Assembly (NCBI RefSeq): GCF_009914755.1
Contig: NC_060928.1
From: the human T2T-CHM13v2.0 reference genome, Homo sapiens
Length of the DNA: 64,000 nt
Strand: one strand, 5' to 3'
Shown: one piece after another, positions 13,616 to 30,147 of the stretch
Layout: every line of letters starts with the position of its first letter
Numbering within the stretch: position 1 is the stretch's first letter
Program-made: the position numbers and the translations under genes
The notes under the pieces: generated by a model
Told to the model about the DNA's origin: nothing
Databases searched by the model: none
Seen by the model: the letters and a program-made list of their open reading frames with translations, nothing else

Positions 13616-16600
13616 ATATAGAGATATAGTTAATGGGAATAAGGGTGCAATGATGATAATTCTGTTTCATAACTCTTTCAACTTCAATCCATAAAAACGC
13701 AGGGATGCAGTAACTTAGAACGCTTCCAGATCACCTCCCAATTATGTTGTAACAACTGAAGAAATGTCTGCACACATATGTACACATGCACAACTTAATC
13801 TATCTGCACCATGAGCAATGATTCGAGCATGAGTGTTAATCTTTCAGTGCTTTAGTCCCCTTTTTGTAGTTCAGGCATGTGAAAAGATAAACAACAGCTA
13901 CTCCATGGACAAAAACTACAAGACATAAATGAGTTTTCTTTTAATTATAAAGGATGTGAAATACAGGATTTACTTAAAAGTAAAAACATAAAGCAAAGAA
14001 TTAGAAAAAGAAATTCTGTAACTTACTGATGTGTGCATAATTTCCCTATTTTATGTAAAACAGCCTCTTCAAAATGAGCCCTAAAGCATGATCAGCTATG
14101 CCAATCCCATGGTAAGCATTGACAGCATCCAGAGCTTCCCATCCAAAACATCTGGAGCTGAAAATGGAATTATTAAGACTCTTCCACAATTCAAGAATGG
14201 AAATTACAGGGCAAGATTTAAAGAAAGACAATTACTTAAACTGGAATTAGGCCAAACAATGGATTTCTACCAAAGGGCTCATTGAAAATATTCTGTAATT
14301 TTTATCAAATATCATGATACTGAAACCTGATCTGAAATTCTGACAGTAAATGCTGGATCTCTTGCATTAAGTTTTACTTGCAAAATCTGTCAGTGCATTA
14401 TTCTGGGAGGGGTAGTGGAAGTACAGAAAATATAATATTCAGAACAACTCCTTCAAAACCTATGGTTTTGCCCAAGTTCTGCTTTAACAATCTATGAAAC
14501 AGATTATGAATTAAAAAAATAGTAGAAGAAGAAAGCGGGAGAAAATTCAAAATTATAAAGCTTAGTTTGTTAGCTATTATATTTTTGAGAACAACCAGCT
14601 CTACAAAGATTGTAAGGTTTATCTCCCAAGCTCTGACATGGTCTAAGTATAGTATCATCTCATGACTTCGGAAAGATAAGAATTTAAAAGGTGAAGCATA
14701 TAATAATTTAAAGCAATTTACAATTTTTTTGGTTTAAATGTTACTCATGCAAAGCAATAAAACAACACTTGCATAAAACTATTAGAAATTTTCTTGACCA
14801 ACTATATATAAAATTTTTAAATCTAAATAACCTTGTAGATTGATCAACAGAAAAAAATGAGGTGGGGGTGGTTGGGGTGGGAGTTTCTGACATTAAAAAC
14901 ATCTGGAAAAATGTCACATATTATATTTCTTCTGTGAGACATTTACCAAGCATTTTCAGATAGGAAAGGTTTTTTTTAAAAAAAAAACACAATAAATCAT
15001 TGTTTAAAACTTTTTTTTTTAACTTTTTAATGTAACAGTAAACATATTACCAATCCAGAGTTCTAAAAAGCACACTTCTGGAAATGCTAGTGCAATTTTT
15101 ATTATTGTTTAAACACACACACACACACAGACACACCCCCAAACGTAGTTTTGGTTTCTCAGATATTTCTCCCCATCTTTGGAAATCTGCCACCCCTTCT
15201 GCCTGTATTTCTTTTGTGCCACATCAATTCCACTTCACTGAAAGTAATGAAAGTAATAGGGTTTGCAACGAGCCCTATATGCAAGTCATTGTGGATTTTT
15301 GTTTTGATAATAATCCAGAGGTCTTTATATTATTTTCAATTTTTATTTTTAAATGGCAAATATGTTTGAGTGCTATATAGATCAAGTGTAAAAACAACTA
15401 TATCCTTACAGCATTTTACTTACTAATATTAACATAGATATTTGAGGCTGAAGATGATTGTTTATAGTCTGAGGAGGATAGAGAAAATAAATATACATGT
15501 AAAAGAATACAAATCTAAGCCTACTCAGTTGTAGTTTACAGTAATTTTAATCTCTAACCTTAAATGAGATGTTTTTTAAAAAATATAGAAATAGGATATA
15601 CACTATAGTCTTTGGTAATAAGTCACAGAGATAATATAGTCCTCATGTCATCACCCCCAAGAATGGTCTCTGCTGCGGTTTTAAACATAATTATTTAAAC
15701 AATAATTGAAAAATATATTAAAATGTCATGCCTGGCCATCAAATGTGAATACATATACACATTTGTATGAAATGCAGTGGGTGTCATCACCAACTTGTCA
15801 GCAACAATCTATCACACATCTTGTTTTTATTCTGAAGTACAGTAGAGTTTTGTCAGGATTTGTTATTATACACAAAAGATCATTCTCCTTACCAGAACAC
15901 CATTCTCTCTAGAACCAAGTAAATAACCTTTGAGAGTTTCTAAGATGTGAACTAGCCCTTAAGTGGTTTTCTTTCAGAGTGTGATGTGTAATAGTTATTA
16001 GTAAAAGCCTAAGATTATTACAGTTTTCACATAGTTCAATTCAAAGAAACTCTATTTACTTGAAATAGTGTAGGAGAAATAAAATGGGTAACAAAATCAA
16101 ATCCACACATATTATCTAAACTTTTTACCTGAACTTATAATTGAAATCTTTATAATAGATATCACTTGGGATCTTTAAAGAAATGTAACTGAGGTAAATG
16201 TTCATCAAAATATTTTTATTTTGTTTATTGTCTGTTTTTTCCATGGAAAGATCTCAGTAACAGTAAAATACCTACTCATGCAAACTAGAAGGAAGGCAGA
16301 GCTAGTTAACCAGAAAAGTGTTCACACATACATAGTTAGAACAAAAATTTCAAAAGCAAACATCATACTTGAGCTCAATCCTCAAACGTATACAATGATA
16401 TATGTTAGCAAAAGCACAGGAACTAGCAAGAACAGAGGTTTAATTATCCATCTGTCCTTGGTGTGAATCCTTTATAATCTGAGGTAAGTTGTTTAACCTA
16501 ATTAAGCTTTTATTTTCTCATCTAAAAAGTAATAACTATCTCGCATAACTACTATAAGTATTAAAAGAAAAAATGTCTTTTTAACATTTATCCCAATGGT

Positions 16601-16770
16601 ACCATAGTGATTATTACTATAATAATTAATATATGATTGTGATAGGGTTCAAAACAACTACCCAAAATATGGCATCTTGGAACCTGAGAAAATATCAGAA
16701 GCAGAAGTTTCTCTCTTACTTTCCATTTGCCCTTCTCTCATAAAGCAGGTCATAATATCCTCATTCCTGA

Positions 16771-19411
<2,641 letters not shown>

Positions 19412-19781
19412 AGAAGACACAGAGAAGGCTCTGGACAAACAGGTCTTGCTAAACCACTCCCCACCTATTTATGAACATTAGGTCCTACCCTTTTGTCTAA
19501 TCACACTTCTCCCTGACTAACCACCTCTTCACCAAACCTAGCACAAAAAAATACACCAGTTTATCTGTTTCTCTGATGTCTTTATTTAGGAAAGCTTTTG
19601 TGTTACACTAAACTTAAATAAATCTGTGTGCATTACTTTGGTTAATCTGCCTTTGTTATAGGAGACTTAGCCCCAGACTTAGCAATGGGTGAGGAAAATA
19701 TTCTCCTCCCTACCCTGGGCATTATTTTAAGCACTATCTATGAATTATCTCATTTAACACTTGAACAACACTCTTTCAAAT

Positions 19782-19955
19782 CTGTGCTGTCCAATACAGT
19801 TGACACTAGCCCCATGTACTTACTTAAGTTTAAATTATCAAAAGTAAAATTTAGTTTTTCACTTCAACTGGCACATGTGCCCGATGACTGCTGTGTTAGA
19901 CAGCACAGAATATAGACAATGCCATCACCACAGAAAGGCCCACTGGACAGTGCTG
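19782..19955 (-). mobile_element. MER3 (hAT-Charlie), inside a MIR remnant
   Basis: Termini ctgtgctgtccaata ... actggacagtgctg. Confidence 0.8.
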
Positions 19956-20614
19956 CTCGAAGGTATACATTATTACCTATCACCTTTTAATACTACAGAA
20001 GAGGAAAGAGAGTTACTGAAAGTGCTGCAGCTGGGATATAATTATGGCGGTCTGCCTCCACTGCATAATTCTGCCTCCCCTATCATGGCAAATGTTCAGC
20101 AAATGCCAATTGTATTTACTCTCGACTTTTTTTTATATGATTTTAAATATGAGGGTAATTTTTACCACCAAATATGAAGACGTGCAGTGTTCATACAATA
20201 ATCATACTAAATTAAGTTTAGTATGCAAAATTATAGTGGAAAAATTAAACTTTGGAAGAGATTACAGGTGAACTCAGCAGTGGCAATGACAGCTTATTTT
20301 CATTCTCTGGGTGGTTAGTTTTTTTATTTATAATTACTAAATACAATATAAATATCAACTTATACATCATCCATGTTTTATGACACATATTTGATACTAA
20401 AACCTGTTTGAATTATATTAAAGTGTTATTTAAAATTTTTCTTAGCTTTTATTATAATTTTTATTTACATACAATTTTGTACTACTTGAATGCAACAATT
20501 AAAACATAGGTTTTTTTGTTGGGGGATTTTTTTTTTTTTTTTGCCAAACCTAAATTTTAGGTAATCCTCATCATGTTAAATATGAGAAAATGTCACTACA
20601 TGAATGTGTGTTCC

Positions 20615-21100
20615 TTTTTTAAAACATTTATTTTTTACATGAAAATTTTATTTAATTTTTAATTTTTATGGGTACATAGTAGGTGTATATGTTTATGGAG
20701 TACATGCTATATTTTGACTTAGGCATACAGCATGTAATAATCACATCTGGGGAAACGGGGTACCCATCACCTCAAGTACTTACCATTTCTTGTGTTATAA
20801 ACCACTTATACTCTTATTTCTAAATGTACAATAAATTATAATTGACTATAGTTGGCCTGTTGTGCTATCAAACACTAGATTTTATTCATCTAACTATGTT
20901 TTTGTAGCCATTAACTCTCCCCACTTTCCCCACCCCTCCCCACTACCCTTCCCAACCTCTGGTAACCATCATTCTGCTGCCTATCTCCATGAGTTCAATT
21001 GTTTTAATTTTAAGCTCCTACAAATAATTAAGAACATGTGAAGCTTATCTTTCCATGCCTGACTTATTTCACTTAACATAATGTCCTCCAGTTTCATTCA
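20615..21100 (-). mobile_element. L1MA (L1MA2/3-like) 3' end
   Basis: T-rich tail then 'ttttatgggtacatagtaggtgtatatgtttatggagtacatg' and 'cccatcacctcaag'. Confidence 0.85.
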
Positions 21101-21787
21101 GAACATGTGTTCTTTATACCAGATTTTCCTAATCAGCAAATTAGCTGATAATCACTCAAGTGAACAATGAATATGATTCAAGTTAGTATGATCCAGAAAA
21201 AAATCCTGACCTTAAATGTGAAGATAAATTATGTCTTTGGACAAGAGTTATGATGTTTTTATGTGATATAACTGGTTTTATAGCTTATCAATTATAGTCT
21301 ATTAGAAGAAAAGTCTTCATTTACTCCATAAAATCTAGACATGTGAGGAAATCTTGGAAATTTTATTTGAGGACCTGGAATAAAAAATACAATCCTAGGA
21401 TTTAAGGTTAAAATTTCCAGATCTCATTTTCTTTAAAATACTAAACCCAGAAAAAACAAAACTATTCAGACTTGTCCAGACAAGAACTAACAAAGCTTCA
21501 GTTGGGAATAGGAAGTTGTGATCAATGTAATTTGATAATAAATTAATTCTAACTCCAATTTATTCATTTTTGTATCACTCAAAATAAGTAACATTCTAGC
21601 TAAGAAAATATTTCAGCATATTCACATATATACCATAATCATGTGAGGTTTTATGATTAATGTGATTATATTACTCTGAAATTTAAAAGTATTTATTTGT
21701 TCTAAGTCAGTATACATGAATTTGATATAAACATGAATTCAAAAAAATTAATGAGATTATATGGGATTTATTAGGATCACAAATTCT

Positions 21788-22906
21788 TTTTTTTAATTTT
21801 ACTTTAAGTTCAGGATACATGTGCAGAATGTGCAGGTTTGTTACATAGGTATACATGTGCCATGGTGGTTTGCTGCACCTATCAACCTGTCATCTAGGTT
21901 TTAAGCCCCACATGCATTAGGTATTTGTCCTAATGCTCTCCCCCCTCTTTCCCCCAACCCCCACACAGGCCCCGGTGTGTGATGTTCCCCTCCCTGTGTC
22001 CATGTCTTCCCATTATTAAACTCCCACTTATGAGTGAGAACCTTCAGTGTTTGGTTTTCTGTTCCTGTGTTAGTTTGCTGAGAATGATGGCTTCCAGTAC
22101 ATCCATGTTCTTTCAAGGTCATTATCTTATCCTTTTTTATGGCTACACAGTATTCCATGGTGTATATGTGCCACATTTTCTGTATCCAGTCTATCATTGA
22201 TGGGCATTTGAATTGGTTTCAAATCTTTTCTGGTGTAAATAATGCTGCAATAAACATAAGTGTGCATGTGTCTTTATAGTAGAATGATTTATAATCCTTT
22301 GGGTATATATCCAGTAATGGGAATGCTGGGTCAAATGATATTTCTGGTTCTAGATCAGTGAGGAGTCTTCACACTGTGTTCCACAATGGTTGAACTAATT
22401 TACACTCCCACCAACAGTGTAAAAGTGTTCATATTTCTCCACAAATTCGCCAGCATCTATTGTTTTCTGACTTTTTCCTAAACAATACCATTCAGGACAT
22501 AGGCATGGGCAAAGACTTCATGACTAAATCACTAAAAACAATTGCAACAAAAGCCAAAATTGACAAATGGGATCTAATTAAACTAAAGAGCTTCTGCACA
22601 GCAAAAGAAACCAGCATCAGAGTGAACAGGCAACCTACAGAATGGGAGAAAATTTTTTCAATCTACTCATCTGACAAAGATGTAATATCCAGAATCTACA
22701 AGGATCTTAAATAAATGTACAAGAAAAAAACAACCCCATCAAAAAGTGGGCAAAGGATATAAACAGACACTTCTCAAAATAAGACATTTATGCAGCCAAC
22801 AAATATATGAAAAAAAGCTTATCATCACTGGTCATTAGAGAAATGCAAATCAAAACCACAATGAGATGCCATCTCACACCAGTCAGAATGGCGATTATTA
22901 AAAGTC
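21788..22906 (-). mobile_element. L1PA8-like insertion with inverted 5' segment (21788-22476 minus; 22477-22906 plus)
   Basis: Minus-strand 3' UTR/ORF2 end joined to the adjacent upstream ORF2 segment in plus orientation. TSD aggatcac(a/c)aattct at 21773-21787 and 22907-22921. Confidence 0.93.
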
Positions 22907-25199
22907 AGGATCACCAATTCTAAACAAGAAACAAGGTAAAACCTAACCTCTTTCAATGTTAAATTTGGTTCAATTCCTAGAAATTAGAAACAATACCTGA
23001 AAGCATACATGTACTGAAAAATATACATAAACCAAAAATATAATGGTTAAAACTATATATAAATGCCATAAGGAATGACTTTCAAATGGAGCATGTAGTG
23101 TGAGAGAGGCCTGTTGAGCACACACCAAACTATTATAGATCACACAATATTGCAGTTGCATATAAGAGGGAGTTATCAGAGATTCAAGAAAAATCCAAAT
23201 GTAAATTGATAGATATGACATCACCCTGAGAGGACATATGTGAACTAAAGAAATATAATCTATTTGGAATGGGTTAAGAAAATCTTTATTCTTAAAAAAA
23301 AGAAAATCTTTATTTATGAAACTGACTTATGAAATTTTATATGGTTTAAATAACATCTTAATGAAAAGGCAATAAACTCTAAGATGGATGACAAGTTACT
23401 GCTCAAAATAGAGGATTATAGACAACAATGAGAAATTCATAACCCACATGCAATGAAATTCTATAGCAAAAATTTGGAAAATTACTACTGTTATAAAACT
23501 TGTATTTTATCAAATCCAATATAGCTATTTCCTTTGATATTGTAGAGAACTAGAAATTTTACACTATTTTAATATTCCCTGGACAAAACTAGAACATTGC
23601 AGAAAAAAAATCTTTTTAAAAATAAGAAGTCAGTACCTAACATTCCAAGAAATTAAAACATAACTGAATGTTCCACAGAATCCAGTAGGCACAATTCTTT
23701 TCAACTGTACCTCAAGGCTACATACATTTTTTTTTCTTACTTCCTGAAGTAGTTGACAGCCTACAACCCTCTCTTTTTGTACTGTACTAAAAGGTAAACT
23801 GATCTGTCAGTGACACTGTACTACAATCTATCTCTCAAGAGCAGGAAAATGTTGAATTTCTTACTAGACTGTCAAGAGTTCATGTGCTCTTGCTGTTAAG
23901 AGTTTTCTGTATTTTTATAACTCTGGTTATAAAAGCACCTGTAAGGCTTTTCAGCAATTAGTTTCCTGGGGACTGGTTAATAGTGTCCTGTCAGACAGCT
24001 AATATTTATGACAATGGAAGGTAAATGGTCTGTTGAAATGTGGCCCACCAATCATTAATTTCACTCCTTAGCGGGAGAATAGCACTTTACATATTTCTTT
24101 TGAAAACTGTTAAAAATGTATGCATGGGATTTTGAAAATGGCAATGGTTTTAAAATACCAAGGAGCCTTTTTGTATCATGATTCTGTAGCGGAATAAAAT
24201 ATTAAGCCAAACTATTCTGAGTATTTCTCAAAGATTTTAGTCTTAAGAAAGAAACTGAGTCTTTTCATAACGAATTACACTTATAGTGGAGTTCCATGCC
24301 CTAAATATTTTTAAAGAACCAGGAATAAATTAACTTTCTGTATATTTCTAGGAGTTTATAGGACACTTCCAACTCAAATGTCCTCATATGATGTTTCATT
24401 TTATTTTATTTTTATTCTTGCTGGGGCAAGCTGAACTCCTTATGTAACTTTCCTGTCTTTCCCGATGCAAATTTCACCTTGACATTTTGTACTCTTTTCT
24501 ATATCTTTCTTAAGAATGATGCATTTTGATTACAAAGAATGAGATCATCAATAATCCAAGAAACAAGCATACAAAAAATCATATTCACAGTATTGATATT
24601 TGAATTTTTAAAAAATAGTTTCAAATGGAGGAGGATGTAAGGAGTGTAATTCCTTTGCCATTGTGAAAGCTAAGATTGCGTTTTGGTGAGAATGGAGGTA
24701 TTTTTACCAAGATTCCTCTTTCACCAACTGCCTTTGGCAATTCCTAATTATAAGACATGATTTAAAAGTTGGTATTTCTTTCTGCAAGTGCCTTGCAATT
24801 TGGTGTAATTACCTTGAGTCAAACTCCATCTGCCTATTAAAATACTTTCAGAAAACTGTAAATAAATCATCAAAGTGTATGGTATTTCTCACTATTATGA
24901 AGATAAGAGCATGAAGGAAAATTAGTTAGTATCTTTTGTGAAACAATTCATCCTAAGAAGTACAAAACCCCACTTTCTGTGATAGAGGATCTGTATAGTG
25001 AGAAGGTACACCAGGATTAAATTGAGTCAAATGTAGACAGGGAACATTTGCTCCAGTATCAAGTAGTTGAGAAGACCTTTTTTAGTTTATCAATATATAC
25101 TTATAATTCTGTATATGTATTAATAAATATGTTACTGCAGGCATTGAAAATTCAGGGGACTGTTCATATCGGTACCTTTAACATATGTATGAATAGTAG

Positions 25200-27449
25200 T
25201 GATATGGTTTGGCTGTGACCCCACCCAAATCTCAGCTTGAATTGTAATAACCCCCAAATGCCAAGGTTAGGGCCAGGTGGAGAAAACTGAATCATGGGGG
25301 TGATTTCCCCCCATACTGTTCTCATGGTAGTGAATAAGTCTCATGAGATCTGATGGTTTTATAAATGGGAGTTCCCCTGCACAAGCTCTCTTGCCTGCTG
25401 CCATGTAAGATGTGACTTTGCTCCTCATTCATCTTCAGCCATGATTGTGAGGCTTCCCCAGCCATGTGGACCTGTGAGTCCATTAAACCTCTTTCCTTTA
25501 TAAATTACCCAGTCTTGGGTATGCCTTTACTAGCAGCAGGAGAAAGAACTTAATACAGTAAATTGGTACTGGTAGAGTGCGGTGCTGCTGTAAATATACC
25601 CAAAAATGTGGAAGCAACTTTGGAACTGGGTAACAGGCAGAAGTTGGAACTGTTTGGAGGGCTCACAAGAAGATAGGAAAATCTAGGAAAGTTTGGAACT
25701 TCCTAGAGACTTGGAGGGCTCAGAAGGCAGGAAGATGTGGCAAAGTTTGGAACTTCTTAGAGACTTGCTGAATGGCTTTGGCCAAAATGCTGATAGTGAT
25801 ATGGACAATAAGGTCCAGGCTGAGGTGGTCTCAGATGGAGACGAGGAACTTTTTGGGAACTAGAGTAAATGTCACTCTGTCTATGAGAAGAGACTGGCAG
25901 CATTTTGCCCCTACCCTAGAGATCTATGGAACTTTGAACTTGAGAGAGATGATCTGAAATTGGAACTTAGGTTTAAAGGAGAAGCAGGGCATACAAGTTT
26001 GGAAAATTTGCAGCCTGACAATGCAGTAGAAAATAAAAACCCATTTTCTGGGGAGAAATTCCAGCAGTTGCAGAAATTTGCGTAAGTAACAAGGAGCCAA
26101 ATGTTAATCACCAAGACAATGGGAATAATTTCTTGGCAGAGCATGGCACAGACCTTCACAGCAGCCCCTCCCGCCACAGGCCCAGAGGCATAGGAGAAAA
26201 AAAATGGTCTTGTGGGGCAGGCACACAGCCCTGCTTCTATGTGTAGCCTAGGGACTTGGTGTCCTAAGTCCCAGCTACTTTAGCTATGGCTAAAAGGATC
26301 CAAGGTACACATTGGGCCATGGCTTTACAGAGTGCAAGCCCCAAGCCTTGGCAGCTTCCATGAGGTGTTGAGCCTGCAGATGCACAGAGGTCAAGAATGA
26401 GGTTTGGAAACCTCTGCCTAGATTTCAGAGGATGTATGGAAATGCCTGGATGCCCACGAAGAAGTTTGCTGCAGGGGCAGGACCCTCATGGTGAACCTCT
26501 ACTAGGGCAGTGCAGAAGGGAAATGTGGGGTTGAAGCCCCACTGGGGCACTGCCTAGTGCAGATGTGAGAAGATGGTCACTATCCTCCAGAACCCAGAAT
26601 AGTGGATCCACTGACAGCTTGCAATGTGTGCTTGGAAAAGCCATGGACATTCAATGCCAGACTGTGAAAGCAGCTAAGAGGGAGCTGTACCCTGCAAAGC
26701 CACAGGGATGGAGCTGTCCAAGTCTGTGTGTGCCTACCTCTTGCATCAGCATGACCTGGATGTGTGACACGAAGTCAAAGGAGATCATTTTGGAGCTTTA
26801 AGAATCGACTGCCCTGTTGGATTTCAGACTTGCATGGGGCCTGTAGCTAATTCTTCCATTTGGAGTTGGTGTATTTATCCAATGCCTATACCTCCATTGT
26901 ATCTGGGAAGTAACTAACTTGATTTTGATTTTACAGGCTATTAGGAGGAAGGGACTCGCATTGTCTCAGATGAGAATTTGGACTGTGGACTTTTGAATTA
27001 ATGCTGAAATTAGTTTAGAATTTAGGGGACTGTTGGAAGGCAGAATTGATCTTGAAATGTGAGGACATGAGATTTTTGAGGGTCCAGGGGAGGAATAATA
27101 TGGTTTAGCTGTGTCCCCACCCAAATCTAACCTTGAATTGTAATAATCCCCAAGTGTCAAGGTGGAGCCAGGTGGCAATAAATGAATCATGAGGTGGTTT
27201 TCCCCCATACTATTCTCGTGGTAATGAATGAGTCTCACAAGATCTGATGGTTTTATAAATGGGAGTTCCTCTGCACAAGCTCTCTTGCCTGCCACCATGT
27301 AAGATGTGACTTTGCTTTTCATTCTCCTTCTGCCATGATTGTGAGGCCTCTTCAGCCATGTGGGACTGTGAGTCCATTAAACCTCTTTCTTTTATACATT
27401 ACACAGTCTCAAGTATCTCTTTATTAGCAGCTGAGAATGGACTAATACA
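25200..27449 (+). mobile_element. Complete THE1C MaLR element (LTR 25200-25557, internal 25558-27095, LTR 27096-27449)
   Basis: Two direct LTRs t(g/a)atatggttt...taataca flank a THE1-internal sequence ('gtaaattggtac...ccaggggaggaa'). Confidence 0.93.
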
Positions 27450-27804
27450 AACAGTATATTTAATAATGGTAGAATAGTATTAACATTGCTGAAATTCAAT
27501 TCAAAAGACTAGTCATTTCTTATGTTTATGCCCAGGGTCACCATTTAGGAAAGTTACTGTTTCACTATTGTACATACAAATAAGGGATGTGTATTTGATT
27601 TGTTCTATATAAAATGCTAGAAGAAAAAGTAACTTGAACTTTATCTACTCTAAGACAGTTTTTGAATGTCCGATACCTTTAAGCAACTCAACTTAAAAGC
27701 GCTAAAAATGCACCAGGTGCTGACAGTACATAGAGGCAATCCATCATTCATTGAATAATATTTGCTATATGGCCATCATCAACTATACACTTTTCTAAGC
27801 AGAG

Positions 27805-28035
27805 ATAATGATGAGAGCTAACATTTATTGAGCAATTTGAATGGGAAAGGCACTAATCTAGATACTTTACTTGTATTAACTCATTAAATCCCCATGACAA
27901 TTCTCTAATCATTCCAGTTTTACTAACGAGAAGACCAAAGCACACACGAGTCATAATATCCTGCCAAAGTCACACAGCTGGAAAGTGGCAGAACTTATCT
28001 TTGAATCCAGCAATTCAGCTTTGAGCCCAAGATTT
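27805..28035 (-). mobile_element. MIR SINE
   Basis: 'agctaacatttattgagca...ttaactcattaaatcc...aagtcacacagctggaaagtggcagaac'. Confidence 0.8.
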
Positions 28036-30071
28036 AAGCTGTTAGTCTCTATCAAGTTTTTAAGTTTACCTTTTCTTAAGAAAACTTGATAAAGAAAATA
28101 AACAATTGTTGAAAACCTGAAAACACTTCAGAAAGAACATCATGTTTCAGAATGTGGAGGTGTTAGAGCCCCAAGGTGGAGAAGAGTCAGAGTTCAAGTG
28201 TTTCAACTTTTCAAAATTCAAATTTCAGATTATTCTATTTACTGACAGTACAGTGGTCCCTGACTTACAGCTGAAAAAAATCAAGTCAGTTCTAAGGGCT
28301 CATGATTTCAAAAGAAAAGCAAATGGGGTGAGGAGAAGAGGATGGAACAATGGGGAGAAATTTGCAAGCAACAAAGAAGCAGAAATTATCAAGAGGAGAG
28401 TAACTTTCAAGTATTTCGCCTTACCTATATTAAGAACAGATGATTGAAAGACTAAAGCACCCAATCCCCCAAGTTTTTCAGTTAAAACACATTTGCTATG
28501 AATAAAAATTTGACTTACTAAAGCAATAAATGAGGAAAGAAGGGCTTATTTATTTGACAAATTATTTATTTTGATTATTCAAACTAACCAGCTGCACATT
28601 AAAGGTGTAGAATGTGCACAGGTTGATAAGAACTGAAATTATGCAGTTTTGTTTGGTCACATCCAATAAAAGGTATAAGGTATTCAGTTCATCATTAGAA
28701 ATTTAATATAATTCAGACATTTCCAAATACAAAGCAGGTTAGCTTCCAAGAGTGTGTGTTTAAGTACTTGTCTACAGCATGTAACCCATTTCCCAATGGG
28801 GAAAAATGTACAAAAGGTGCTTAAGTTCTCATGCTAATAATCAATTGCTTAATCAGGCCTTATTTTAGCTGAAATATTAATATTTACAATCATTAGATAA
28901 TAATATAATGTACTCATTAACCAAATGACCAAATTTTATATTTCCTCTTAAATGTTCGTTTGAGAAAACAATATAGACTTAATTAGAAGAAAATTACGAG
29001 GCAGGTGAGACAATCCAAAACAAACCCTAGGGAAGTAAGAATATTTTGAAAGTTAATGATACTATATTTTGATTATATCTAACTTTGCATTAAAATCTAT
29101 GGCATAATTTTCCTTAACATAAAGGAATTTCTGTCTTATTAGGCATCACTATCATGATTTCATCTATTTATATTCTCTTGTACATGGGACGAGACAGGAA
29201 TAAATAGAAAGATAAAAAGTAAATTTAAAAAAAAAGAAAAGAAAAAGAAGAAGATTACCACCCCCCACTCCCCCCATAATGAAAAAAGCAATAGAAAAGG
29301 CTGAAGTACAGGAACAGGACTAAAGAGGATACTGCATAAAGGTAAAAAGATATGGAAGGAGATGAACTTAACTGGGTTTTAAGAAATGAAAGAAGCTAAT
29401 GGGAAGGACAGCAAAAGTCAGCTGCTTCTGGCGAGTCTCTAGGCAGAGCAGTCTGTGCAGGCCAGCCTGGAATCTCTCAGCAGTGGGCACTCAAGACAGG
29501 CACCAAGAGACTGACAGAGACAGCCAGACATAGCAAGGGCCAGGGTACAACATTTGCTGTGCCTACAAATCCAGTATTGCTGATGCCAAATCAGAACCAA
29601 AGTTCATAATCAAAATTTCTTCACAAAGCCATTTTTACAAACTTCATTGACTTAATATCTCTCTTTACACTGGGACTATACCAATTTTTAGTTTCGCAGT
29701 TTGGAAGTAAATAATCAAATACCATTTTTCATACCCAACAGAGAGTCATTCATTTTCTAAAACAGCACATAATGAAGGCAAAAGCTGCCCAATCCAATGT
29801 TTATGTATATAAACTGACAACCAACCATTCATATTTATTAAAATAGGATTCCTAATAATTATTTCTTCCTTTTGATAGTTCACATTAGTATATATAGATA
29901 TAAATGAAAGCATATTTCCTAAAATACATAAGCAACTTCAAACTAGTTTTCCTTAATTTGTCCAAATGAGTTAAATCAGTTAGTTTTTATTATACTCAAG
30001 TTATATCTAGGGACATATTTTTTATAAATTGGTTGTGACTTATAATAAACATTTTTCATAGAGAATATCTA

Positions 30072-30147
30072 CATATATGTGTGCATATGTATGTATACAT
30101 CTATATATGTGTGTGTGTGTATATGTATATGTGTTTATGTATATATG
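30072..30147. repeat. (TA/TG)n degenerate microsatellite
   Basis: Directly visible. Confidence 0.8.

Noticed and set aside
25655-25770. Direct repeat 'ttggagggctca...aaagtttggaactt(c)ctagagactt'
   Set aside because: Two copies only, inside THE1-internal sequence; as I recall, a feature of the family consensus. Not a CRISPR-like array.
28142-28447. 101-aa plus-strand ORF in unique sequence (also 15084-15380)
   Set aside because: No recognisable domain, promoter or convincing splice context; length is compatible with chance.
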